A stretch of 58,350 nucleotides of DNA, counting the filler, from a bacterium (GTDB lineage: Bacteria; UBP15; UBA6099; JAJRTR01): NCBI GenBank assembly GCA_024278215.1. It is 4 parts of 4 records of this genome, joined end to end, with 100 filler letters (N's around TTAATTAATTAA, not from the genome) between each part and the next. Parts side by side here need not be neighbours in the genome. Positions count along the whole stretch, not along the records: positions 23,948 to 45,069 come from JAJRTR010000019.1; positions 45,170 to 58,350 come from JAJRTR010000020.1; 2 more parts are not named here. One strand, 5' to 3'. Positions 42,180 through 50,933 of the stretch are shown here, piece after piece. A program made the position numbers and the translations under genes. The notes under the pieces are model-generated. The model saw only the letters and a list, made by a program, of their open reading frames with translations. It made no database searches and was not told the origin of the DNA. Position 1 is the first letter of the stretch; every line of letters starts with the position of its first letter.

Positions 42180-43307
42180 GTGAATGTGAAAATGTTCAAA
42201 GAGATAATATGTATGTGCACCATGAAAAAGGTTGTTCCTCGTGCGCATTCCGGGCTCGTTCCGCCGCCGCCCGGCAGGAAGCCGCCTCTGCCCATTTCAC
42301 ATATTGCGGTGTTGGCGATCATGGCGGCGGTTATGCTGTTTGTGTCGCCGGTGCAGGCGGCAACCGCGGGTTATGCAACCGGCACTGCGACACCGCCCGT
42401 TACGCTCGAGCCGCCGGTGAAAGATTATAAGTTTATCGAGCCGGATTCCGCAACGGATACGGAGCCCGGCAATATGGCGATAACACCTGTGGACACGGCG
42501 GGCCTCGTCGAGAAAACCGGTGCGGTAATAAAGGTTTCGGGCCTCGATAAAGTCTATGTGGACCAGGGCGAAATACAGGGCGTCAAACCCGATATGCCGA
42601 TGATAGTGTACCGCATGGAACCGATACGAAATATGGCCGGAGAAGTGCTGGATGAGGAAGAGCGCGTGATAGGCAAACTCCGGATATACGAGGTGCGTCC
42701 GCGCCTGAGCATCGGAAACGTGATACAGAGTTCGGAGGATATGAAGCGCGGACTTTTCGTCAGGTACTGGGTCGAGGAGGAGCGTGCGGTAACAGCGGGA
42801 GACGACAAGAGGTGTCCCAAAGGAATGATGTTCGACGGAGGCGGCCCGTTCGTTTTCCTGCCCGGCAACTATTTCCGGTCGACTCCCGTCACGGAAAAAC
42901 AGACAAAACAGACAGAAGCTTTCTGCATCGACAAGAGACCGTCGAAAGATGTCGTGACATGGGCCGCCGCTACCGAGGCCTGCCGCAGCCAGGGCAAGCG
43001 GCTCTGCGCAAAAGAAGAAAAACAGAAGGTGTGCGTGACCTGGGACAAACCGCCGGCCTGCTCGCCGGAACAACAGCAGGCCGCCGAGTGTCCGGAACCC
43101 AACACAATAATAGGATTCAGCCGCGACCAGGAGTGGACCGCTGACCTTGTGGATAAAGACGGAGAACCTTTCATGGACGCCAATTCCTGCTCATGTCCCG
43201 GCGCGAGCCCGGTTTGTGTCCACTGCTATTTCGATCAATGCCGCGGCGCGAAAAAAATCTTCAGATGTTGCAGCGAACCGTTCAAGGTTGAAAAAAGCGG
43301 CAAGTAA
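42180..43307 (+). CDS. Exported protein with FlgT C-terminal-like domain and Cys-rich FGE/SUMF1-like domain
   Basis: VIKV..DKVYVDQG..QGVK...IGKLRIYEV; CPKGM...FCID...TWAAATEACRSQGKRLC...EWT...FRCC. Start uncertain. Confidence 0.65.
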   Translation: MNVKMFKEIICMCTMKKVVPRAHSGLVPPPPGRKPPLPISHIAVLAIMAAVMLFVSPVQAATAGYATGTATPPVTLEPPVKDYKFIEPDSATDTEPGNMAITPVDTAGLVEKTGAVIKVSGLDKVYVDQGEIQGVKPDMPMIVYRMEPIRNMAGEVLDEEERVIGKLRIYEVRPRLSIGNVIQSSEDMKRGLFVRYWVEEERAVTAGDDKRCPKGMMFDGGGPFVFLPGNYFRSTPVTEKQTKQTEAFCIDKRPSKDVVTWAAATEACRSQGKRLCAKEEKQKVCVTWDKPPACSPEQQQAAECPEPNTIIGFSRDQEWTADLVDKDGEPFMDANSCSCPGASPVCVHCYFDQCRGAKKIFRCCSEPFKVEKSGK

Positions 43308-43465
43308 ACGTACAGCGGTTTGAAACTCACGCTCCCTACCTCGATGGTAGCCAGAACCCAAAAGGTCGCATTTTCGTGCCCAAACAAATGCGGTTTGAGC
43401 ACGGCACACAGAGTTTTATCGTTCACAAGGTCATCGCACTCACACTCGTCCACACCAGTTTTTCA

Positions 43466-43517
43466 TCGTTCCCAAGGTCCACCCTGGGAACGCCGAAACC
43501 GGAAGCTCCAGCTTCCA
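43466..43517. repeat. REP-like palindrome remnant
   Basis: CGTTCCCAAGG-TCCA-CCCTGGGAACG followed by GGAAGCTCCAGCTTCC. Confidence 0.55.
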
Positions 43518-44248
43518 CCGATCTCTTTTTCAGCATTTCTTTACCATCCTGTCGATGATAGCCGTCGCCCCGCCGCACACACAACATCAACAGTCAAAGA
43601 AACTTCAGGCACACCGACATCATTGTCCAACCTGTTATGGTAATATATAACACTTTTTTCCTGTTTTCGTATATTAACGCATGACCAATCAAATTAATTT
43701 TATGAGCACATCATACATCCGATATTTCCAGCGATAATCGGCAACACATATGAGTATTCTAAATACTACTTGCCATATACTCCAATTTTGGCATAACATC
43801 ATGGTGCTATAACATACTTTTTATGTCTTTTCATAAACAATGATATTCCTGTCTCGTCTCCCTGTGAATATTTTATCCTTATCTGCATTGTTCATAAACA
43901 AATCATGAATATCCTGTTATTTAAAGGTTTTTTTGTTTCGGTATTAAGGAATTATCGGTTTTAGTGATTATCTGTATTTAGATTCTTTATAATTTAATTA
44001 ATAATGTAACACACTATGGCCGGATCATTTTAAAAGTTAATGCTTTACTTCCGATAAACATTGATAACGGTCATTTTCAAAGCTGGACAATATGGTCACT
44101 TACCCTGGTCACATGCAAAAGCACAGTACTATAGCGCAATATCATATTGCGTTATTGCGCATACTGTCCTAATATCCGGTCATCGGGTCCGTCTTAGGGG
44201 ATGTTGCGCCTCCGGCGTCGATCAATTTCGTCCGGCTCGCTGCGAATA

Positions 44249-45013
44249 TCATTTTGCATTCGGCGCTTTGAACAGCAGGTTAGACAGGCGGATGAAGCTG
44301 TCGATGTCGACTTCCTGTGCGCGGGCACCGGCGGGGATGCCGATTGTTTCGAGGGTGGCGGCGATTATATCGGCTGCCGAATTTTTGTCTTTGAAATGTG
44401 CTGAAAGGGTACCTTTGTCGGCGCTGAACTTCATGGAATTGGATAGCGTTTTTCGCCTGTGCTCGAATGCGCTTTTAACGACGAGTTCGAAGAATACCCT
44501 GTTATCTATTTCGGGGCCGCTGCGGTCGACAGGCGTAAGTTGAACGAGGCAGGAGTCGACTCTCGGCGGAGGCCGAAAGGCATCGCGCGCTACGGTGAAC
44601 AGAACTTCGCAGCGCGCTTCGAGTCCGCAGAAAAGCGACAGGGCACCGAAATCCGCTGACCCCGGTTCGGCTGACATACGTTCGCCGACTTCGCGTTGCA
44701 CGAGCAATGTTACGCGCTCGAACAGGTGTTTGACGGCAAGCAACTTGAATACTATGGGGCTCGTAATGTAATAGGGCAGATTGCCCACAACAAGCGCGGG
44801 GCGCGCGGATTCCGGCAGGAGTTCCGCCGGGTCGATATCGAGGACGTTGCCCTGAACGATCTTAAGTGCGCTGTTGTGTCCGAGTTTTTGTACGAGAAGG
44901 CGTATCATTTTTTCGTCGAGTTCGACAGCGACAATGTCCGCGCCGCGTGCGAGCAGTTTTTCGGTGAGCAGACCGGTGCCGGGGCCGATCTCGAGGCAGA
45001 GGCGTCCGGCGCG
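44249..45013 (-). CDS. rsmA: 16S rRNA dimethyladenosine transferase RsmA/KsgA (5' truncated)
   Basis: LEIGPGTGLLTE, VAVELD, VGNLPYYITSPI, VQREVGERM, FRPPPRVDS, RRKTLSN. Confidence 0.93.
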   Translation of the reverse strand, partial: RAGRLCLEIGPGTGLLTEKLLARGADIVAVELDEKMIRLLVQKLGHNSALKIVQGNVLDIDPAELLPESARPALVVGNLPYYITSPIVFKLLAVKHLFERVTLLVQREVGERMSAEPGSADFGALSLFCGLEARCEVLFTVARDAFRPPPRVDSCLVQLTPVDRSGPEIDNRVFFELVVKSAFEHRRKTLSNSMKFSADKGTLSAHFKDKNSAADIIAATLETIGIPAGARAQEVDIDSFIRLSNLLFKAPNAK

Positions 45014-45069
45014 CGCGCCGGACGCCTCTGCCTCGAGATCGGCCCCGGCACCGGTCTGCTCACCGAAAA

Positions 45070-45169
45070 NNNNNNNNNNNNNNNNNNNNNNNNNNNNNNN
45101 NNNNNNNNNNNNNTTAATTAATTAANNNNNNNNNNNNNNNNNNNNNNNNNNNNNNNNNNNNNNNNNNNN
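45070..45169. other. Artificial contig linker
   Basis: N44-TTAATTAATTAA-N44. Confidence 0.98.
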
Positions 45170-45705
45170 ATGACCATTACCGTTCACTTCGCAATGTGAT
45201 GCTCGATATCTTTGAGACCCTTGGTATCGCTGCTTGATTTTCGCGACAATGCGTTGTCGCGAGATTCCCCTTAAGGGCCTATATGCAACGACACAGTCGT
45301 TGCACTCCAACCCCCCCCATGCCAAAACATTCCCATGTATGTAATGTGAACAATTACCACTGACTTTTGAGCATCAATATTGCTTGTCTGACCGATATTG
45401 AGTTCAGCACAGGTGATGTGTCATAATACGCGACCGTTTTCGCAGGAGTATTTATGTGAAATATCGTGAATTTACGGATGTCGATAGTTTTGATTTTCTA
45501 GCATCTCATTGACATGACGGTCTTCATTCTCTATTTTATTATAGTCGGATTGAGAGAATGAAAGGACTATTAACAGATAAAATCAATTTGAATAAAGAAG
45601 TATTCACGAGCTTTTATTCGATGGGACAAGAAGAGGCCCGGCAGGGCATATCCCCGGTGCTCCGACCTTGAGTTTTACAATTCAATATTTGCAGGGATAA
45701 CTGAT

Positions 45706-46104
45706 ATGAAAAAGATCAGCATAACCGCGTTTTGTTGCTGCAATGCACTTTATACAGGTCTGAAAAAGGAAGACCTCGAACGTGCGTATGCGGAAGGCGT
45801 CAACATTATCGAGACTCCGTGTTCGGGCAAAGTTGACGCGATTTACATGATGAAGGCATTCGAAAAGGATGCAGATTGTGTTGTGGTGCTGGCTTGCGAC
45901 CCACGCCAGTGCGTTACCGCCACAGGCAGCAAACGCGCCGCGAAAAGAGTGGACTATACGAAGAAACTTCTCGATGAGGCCGGCTACGAGCCTGAAAGGT
46001 TGTTTTACCTGACGGCGAAGCGCCCCGCGCTGAAGGTTCTGGACGGCATTTTTGATTTTGTGCGAGATGAATACAAAAGGCTCGGCCTTAAATCGGTTAA
46101 ATGA
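45706..46104 (+). CDS. mvhD: MvhD/FlpD-like [2Fe-2S] subunit
   Basis: AFCC...PCSGKVD...KAFE.DAD.V.V.AC....C...GS...RV....LL...G..PERL. Confidence 0.85.
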   Translation: MKKISITAFCCCNALYTGLKKEDLERAYAEGVNIIETPCSGKVDAIYMMKAFEKDADCVVVLACDPRQCVTATGSKRAAKRVDYTKKLLDEAGYEPERLFYLTAKRPALKVLDGIFDFVRDEYKRLGLKSVK

Positions 46105-46174
46105 CGCCGGGCATGTAACAGGATTCAAAAAGATACTATGCGAATAGATGCAGAGCGAATAATGGAGGTACCGC

Positions 46175-46846
46175 ATGATAGTCGGTGAAAGAAAACCTTA
46201 TGAAGAAATAAAATCCATGCTCGAGGGCAGCCGCAAGATACTGCTTGCCGGCTGCGGCACATGTGTGAAAGTGTGCTTCACGGGTGGCGACAAGGAAGTG
46301 GCCCTGCTGGCGTCGCAACTGCGGCTTTCGGCGAAGAAGGATAAAAGAAATATTCATATCATGGAGATGACGGTCGAGCGCCAGTGCGAGAACGAGTTTA
46401 TCGAGGAGATCGCCCCGTATGTCGACGCCTATGATGTGATAATGTCCATGGCCTGCGGCGCGGGTGTGCAGATGCTCGCGCAACGGTTCCCGGAGAAGAT
46501 TGTTCTCCCGGCTGTGAACACAACATTCCTTGGGCTGCTGGAGAAGACCGGTTTTTTTGTCGAGAACTGCCAGGGCTGCGGCAACTGCGTGCTTGGCGAT
46601 TACGGCGGGGTCTGCCCTGTCACCCGGTGCGCCAAGAGTATTTTTAACGGCCCGTGCGGTGGTTCTCAGAACGGCATGTGCGAGGTCGACCCGCAGACAC
46701 CCTGTGCGTGGGAACTGATCATCAGTCGTCTCAGGGCGCTTGGGCAGCTCGAACGTCTCAGCAAGACGACGCCCCCCAAAGACTGGTCGTCCGCTCGCGA
46801 CGGCGGTCAGCGGAAACTCACTCGGGAGGAACAAATCCTGTCATGA
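46175..46846 (+). CDS. metV: Methylenetetrahydrofolate reductase accessory subunit MetV
   Basis: GCGTCVKVC.TGG, ERQCE, ACGAGVQ, CQGCGNC...CPVTRCAKS..NGPCGGS...CAW. Confidence 0.9.
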   Translation: MIVGERKPYEEIKSMLEGSRKILLAGCGTCVKVCFTGGDKEVALLASQLRLSAKKDKRNIHIMEMTVERQCENEFIEEIAPYVDAYDVIMSMACGAGVQMLAQRFPEKIVLPAVNTTFLGLLEKTGFFVENCQGCGNCVLGDYGGVCPVTRCAKSIFNGPCGGSQNGMCEVDPQTPCAWELIISRLRALGQLERLSKTTPPKDWSSARDGGQRKLTREEQILS

Positions 46847-47769
46847 ATACACAGAGCAATCTTGAAAGAGTACTCGAATCCGGCGCGTTCGCCGTTACCT
46901 CCGAATGCGGTCCCCCGAGAAGCGCCGCGGGCGATGTCATCCTGCGTAAGGGACTCATGCTGAAACACTGCACCGACGCTGTCAATGTTACCGACAACCA
47001 GACAGCAATCGTGCGCATGAGCAGCCTCGCGTCGTGTGTACTGCTGAAGTCGATAGGTATCGACCCTGTACTTCAGATGGTGTGCCGCGACCGCAACCGC
47101 ATCGCGCTCCAGAGCGACATACTTGGCGCGGCGGCTCTGGGCATCGACAACCTGCTTTGTCTAAGCGGCGATCACCAGTCGTTCGGCAACCAGCCGGGCG
47201 CGAAAAATGTCTATGACATCGACTCGATGCAACTGCTGGCCTGTGCGCGCGATATGTGTGAAAACGGTCGCTTCATTAGCGATCTCGGCGAATACGAGAT
47301 GGATACTCCGCCTTCGATGTTCATAGGCGCAGCTGCGAATCCGTTCGCCGATCCGTCCGACTATCGTGTTCTGCGGCTCGCCAAGAAAGTGAACAGCGGC
47401 GCGCGTTTTATCCAGACGCAGTGCATTTTCAACCTGAAGAAATTCGGGCGATGGATGAAGGATGTACGCGCGATGGGGCTTCACGAGCAGGTGTATATCC
47501 TCGGCGGTGTCACGCCGCTCAAGTCTGCCGGTATGGCGAGATATATGCGCGATAAGGTTGCTGGGATGGACGTACCGGACAGTGTCATCAGGCGGATGGA
47601 AGGACTAAAAGGCGAGGCGGCTCGCGAGATGGGCATAAAAATATGCGTCGAGACTATAAAGAAACTTAAGAAGATGGAAGGCGTGTCGGGTGTCCATATC
47701 ATGGCGATTGAATGGGAAGACGCAGTGCCGCAGATTGTCGAAATGGCCGAGCTTCTGCCCAGGCCGTAA
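46843..47769 (+). CDS. metF: 5,10-methylenetetrahydrofolate reductase
   Basis: ECGPP, NVTDNQ, QMVCRDRNRIALQSD, LSGDH, FIQTQ, GVHIMA. ATGA overlap with metV. Confidence 0.93.
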   Translation: MNTQSNLERVLESGAFAVTSECGPPRSAAGDVILRKGLMLKHCTDAVNVTDNQTAIVRMSSLASCVLLKSIGIDPVLQMVCRDRNRIALQSDILGAAALGIDNLLCLSGDHQSFGNQPGAKNVYDIDSMQLLACARDMCENGRFISDLGEYEMDTPPSMFIGAAANPFADPSDYRVLRLAKKVNSGARFIQTQCIFNLKKFGRWMKDVRAMGLHEQVYILGGVTPLKSAGMARYMRDKVAGMDVPDSVIRRMEGLKGEAAREMGIKICVETIKKLKKMEGVSGVHIMAIEWEDAVPQIVEMAELLPRP

Positions 47770-47796
47770 TGTGTGTGTGTTGTAACGTATTGAATA

Positions 47797-47824
47797 ATGA
47801 AAGCTCCTGCTTTCATGAATTTTT
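47797..47824 (+). terminator. Possible terminator after metF
   Basis: ATGAAAGC-TCCT-GCTTTCAT hairpin followed by a T-run. Confidence 0.4.
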
Positions 47825-47960
47825 GAGCGACGGCATGTTGTCGTAAGTCGCGGAGCAGGAACCCTGAGATAATGTAAGGACGCTGGGCGCGGTCGGTGAC
47901 CGTTGTCCTGATTTCTAATGAACAATATATAAAACCGGCTTATCCGAAATAGGGGGAGTC

Positions 47961-49376
47961 ATGCCGAAAAAGTATCACATAAACACCGAACACATACCGC
48001 CGCGTTTTACGCCCGTCGGCAAGTTCGGGATCGTTGATTTCAACGAAGACTGCGCCGGCGCGTGCCACCACTGCGTAAAGAAAGAGTGCATCTACGAAAT
48101 ATATAAGAAGGAAGGCATCTTCACGCGCGAGATGGAAGGGCCGGTTCATTACCTTTACAGTTGCATGAACTGCCTGCGCTGTGTGCAGAACTGCACACGG
48201 GCGGCGATCACGCGTGTAGTGAATCCGGAGTTCCGGTGGCTCGGCGACGATTACTGGAAACCGGATATTATCCTTACACTCTGGTACCAGTCGGAAACGG
48301 GAAAGATACCCGTGTCCGGTGCCGGTTACCGGGGCAAGTTCTCGGGTCCGGGCTTCGACTCGATGTGGACCGACATGTCCGAGATCGTGCGCCCGACACG
48401 CGACGGGATTCACGGTCGCGAGTATATCAGTACTTCGGTGGATGTGGGCCGCAAGGTGCCGATTCTCGCGTTCGACGACAAGCGCCGCACGGCTGTCGAT
48501 ATTCCGCCGCTTATGGAACTGCCCGTGCCGTTCGTGCTGAGCAAGCCGCCGTTCGGCGATTATTCGCCGAAGATGTACGAAGCTTTCGCGCGTGCCGCCG
48601 CAGTGTTGGAAACGCAATTCGTGCTGGATGCGGCCGACATTACAAAGAACCTTGCGAAATATAAAAAACACATCGCGCCGCTGGTCAGGGGCGCTGAGAT
48701 CAGCAAATACAAAAAACTGATCAGGTCCGCCGCTTTCGTTGAACTTATATATGACGGAAAGATGGCGGCGAACATCAAAGCCATAAAAAAGATCAATACT
48801 AATGCAGTTGTCAGTGTAAAGATTCCGCTGGATGTAAACTCGCACAGGACGGCGGAAAAGCTGACGGACGCGGGTGTCGAAGTGATTCATTTCACAGCCG
48901 ACATGCACGGAAACATCGGCAAGGGTGAGCATCCTGAGTTTATCAAGGACAACTTCCGCCGCATTCACACACACCTTGTCGACAGAGGTATCCGCGATTG
49001 TGTGACACTGATCGCCGAGGGCGGCATAGCGCTGCCCGAGCACATGGCGAAGATGATTATATGCGGTGCGGATGTTGTCGCGCTCGGTATTCCGTTTCTG
49101 GTCGCTATCGAGTGCCGCATGTGTATGAACTGTACGAGGGGACGCGCATGTCCGGTGGATATCAGCGGTGTGCCGCCCGAATCGGGATCGAAGCGAATCC
49201 TCAATCTTGCGGCCGCATGGCGCAACCAGCTTCTCGAGGTGCTCGGCGCGATGGGTATACGTGAAGTGCGCCGCTTGCGTGGCGAGTTCGGAAGAGCGAT
49301 GTTCTATGAAGACCTCGAGCGCGACACTTTCCGTAAGATTTTCAGCAAAGATAAGAAAGAGAAGGCGAAGCTATGA
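47961..49376 (+). CDS. Glutamate synthase-related FMN-domain paralog with N-terminal ferredoxin (degenerate)
   Basis: C..C..C clusters, RPTRDGIHGREYI, LIAEGGI, ICGAD.V, ECRMCMNC...CP, LGAMGIREVRRLRG. Confidence 0.75.
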   Translation: MPKKYHINTEHIPPRFTPVGKFGIVDFNEDCAGACHHCVKKECIYEIYKKEGIFTREMEGPVHYLYSCMNCLRCVQNCTRAAITRVVNPEFRWLGDDYWKPDIILTLWYQSETGKIPVSGAGYRGKFSGPGFDSMWTDMSEIVRPTRDGIHGREYISTSVDVGRKVPILAFDDKRRTAVDIPPLMELPVPFVLSKPPFGDYSPKMYEAFARAAAVLETQFVLDAADITKNLAKYKKHIAPLVRGAEISKYKKLIRSAAFVELIYDGKMAANIKAIKKINTNAVVSVKIPLDVNSHRTAEKLTDAGVEVIHFTADMHGNIGKGEHPEFIKDNFRRIHTHLVDRGIRDCVTLIAEGGIALPEHMAKMIICGADVVALGIPFLVAIECRMCMNCTRGRACPVDISGVPPESGSKRILNLAAAWRNQLLEVLGAMGIREVRRLRGEFGRAMFYEDLERDTFRKIFSKDKKEKAKL

Positions 49377-50917
49377 GCATAGCCGTGAAAAAAAAGAAAA
49401 AATCGAAAACTGCACCTGCACCGAAGCAGGCTGCACAGGAGATCACACGTGAACCACAACATACGCCCAGCCGTTTCCGGCACGCCATCGGCAAGTACCG
49501 CGTGCTGCGAAGCGATGCATGTATCGGTTGCGGCAAGTGCGCCGAGTTGTGCCCGCACGGTGTGCATGTGAAATATGAGGGCGCACAGAAAACTTCGCGA
49601 CCGAAAGACTACCTCTGCCGCGGTTTTCACTGCAAGCAGAACTGCGATTACTACTGCATCGACAAGTGTCCCGTCGGCGCGCTCACGCTCCGTATCAATC
49701 CGGTGGTGGAAACAATCGGCGATCCGCGCTGGACGCCTGAAATGATCCTAAGTACCTGGGATATGGCCGAACACGGTCGGGTGACGAACGACACATTGAA
49801 CGGCGAACTCGGCGACACGGACGGCGGTTTCGACAAGCTGCGCCTGAACTTTCCGAAGAAACCGAAAAAGAAACTGAAACCGAAAGATATAGATACATCA
49901 ATTGTATTGAACAGGCGCGGCGAGGGCGGCACGCAGATAAAGATCGACGTGCCATGGTACGGCGGCGGCATGTCATACGGTTCCGTCAGCCCGGCGACTA
50001 TGGTCGGTAAAGCACATGCCGCTCAGATATGGAACACTTTCAGTTGCACGGGCGAGGGCGGCTTTCCTCCGCATCTCGACCCCTACGACTACAACATGAT
50101 CACGCAGGTCGCCACCGGTCTGTTCGGTGTGAGGGAAGAAACGATACAGCGAGTGCGTATCGTCGAATTCAGATACGCGCAGGGCGCGAAACCCGGCCTC
50201 GGCGGCCACCTGCTGGGCGATAAAAACACACCTGCCGTCGCCAAAATGCGCGAGGCGGTCGCAGGCATGTCCCTGTTCTCGCCGTTCCCGTTCCACAGCG
50301 TATATTCAATCGAAGACCACAAGAAACACGTCGACTGGATTCTGGCTATGAACCCCGCGGCGCTGGTGTCGGCCAAGGTGTCGACGCCTACCGATGTGGA
50401 CATGGTCGCTGTAGGCAGCTACTACGCCGGAGCGCATATAGTACACATCGACGGCAGCTACGGCGGCACAGGCGCGGCGCCCGACATCGCGAAAAAGAAC
50501 ATCGCCATGCCTATCGAATACGCTATCCCGAAAGTCCACGAGTTCCTGACCAATGAAGGCATCCGCGACAAGATCACTCTCATCGCCAGCGGTGGCATCA
50601 GGAACGCTTATGATATCGTCAAAGCGATTTGCCTCGGCGCGGACGGTGTCGTGGTCGGCACAGGCGAACTCGTCGCTCTCGAATGTATACGCTGCGGTAA
50701 TTGCGAAAGCGGGCGCGGCTGCGCGCGCGGCATCGCCTCGACCGACCCGGAACTCAGCAACATGTACGACGAGAACTGGAGCACGCGCCGCATCTCCAAT
50801 CTATACAACGGCTGGCGCGAGCAGATAATCGAAATAATGATCAGGTATGGAGTGAAGACGATTCCTGAAATGCGCGGACGCTACGACCTGCTCAGGCACG
50901 TCGACTACTCGGATTGA
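49373..50917 (+). CDS. Glutamate synthase FMN-binding subunit with 4Fe-4S domain
   Basis: CIGCGKCAELCP, GGMSYGS, TGEGG, QVATGLFGV, AQGAKPGLGGHL, GGTGAAP, ECIRCGNCESGRGC. Confidence 0.92.
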   Translation: MSIAVKKKKKSKTAPAPKQAAQEITREPQHTPSRFRHAIGKYRVLRSDACIGCGKCAELCPHGVHVKYEGAQKTSRPKDYLCRGFHCKQNCDYYCIDKCPVGALTLRINPVVETIGDPRWTPEMILSTWDMAEHGRVTNDTLNGELGDTDGGFDKLRLNFPKKPKKKLKPKDIDTSIVLNRRGEGGTQIKIDVPWYGGGMSYGSVSPATMVGKAHAAQIWNTFSCTGEGGFPPHLDPYDYNMITQVATGLFGVREETIQRVRIVEFRYAQGAKPGLGGHLLGDKNTPAVAKMREAVAGMSLFSPFPFHSVYSIEDHKKHVDWILAMNPAALVSAKVSTPTDVDMVAVGSYYAGAHIVHIDGSYGGTGAAPDIAKKNIAMPIEYAIPKVHEFLTNEGIRDKITLIASGGIRNAYDIVKAICLGADGVVVGTGELVALECIRCGNCESGRGCARGIASTDPELSNMYDENWSTRRISNLYNGWREQIIEIMIRYGVKTIPEMRGRYDLLRHVDYSD

Positions 50918-50933
50918 CCCGGAGGGAACAGTT

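Noticed and set aside
43560-44240. AT-rich intergenic stretch and ORFs 43320-43643 and 44061-44543
   Set aside because: No recognisable protein motifs or repeats; cannot support a feature.
45600-45670. SAM-riboswitch-like words (GGGAC, GGCCCGGCAG, GGTGCT) upstream of mvhD-metV-metF
   Set aside because: The P1 AUC/GAU pair and the GCAAC core cannot be assembled; an Infernal search would be needed.
46654-46842. N-terminal extension of metF
   Set aside because: Overlaps metV; the ATGA-coupled start at 46843 fits better.
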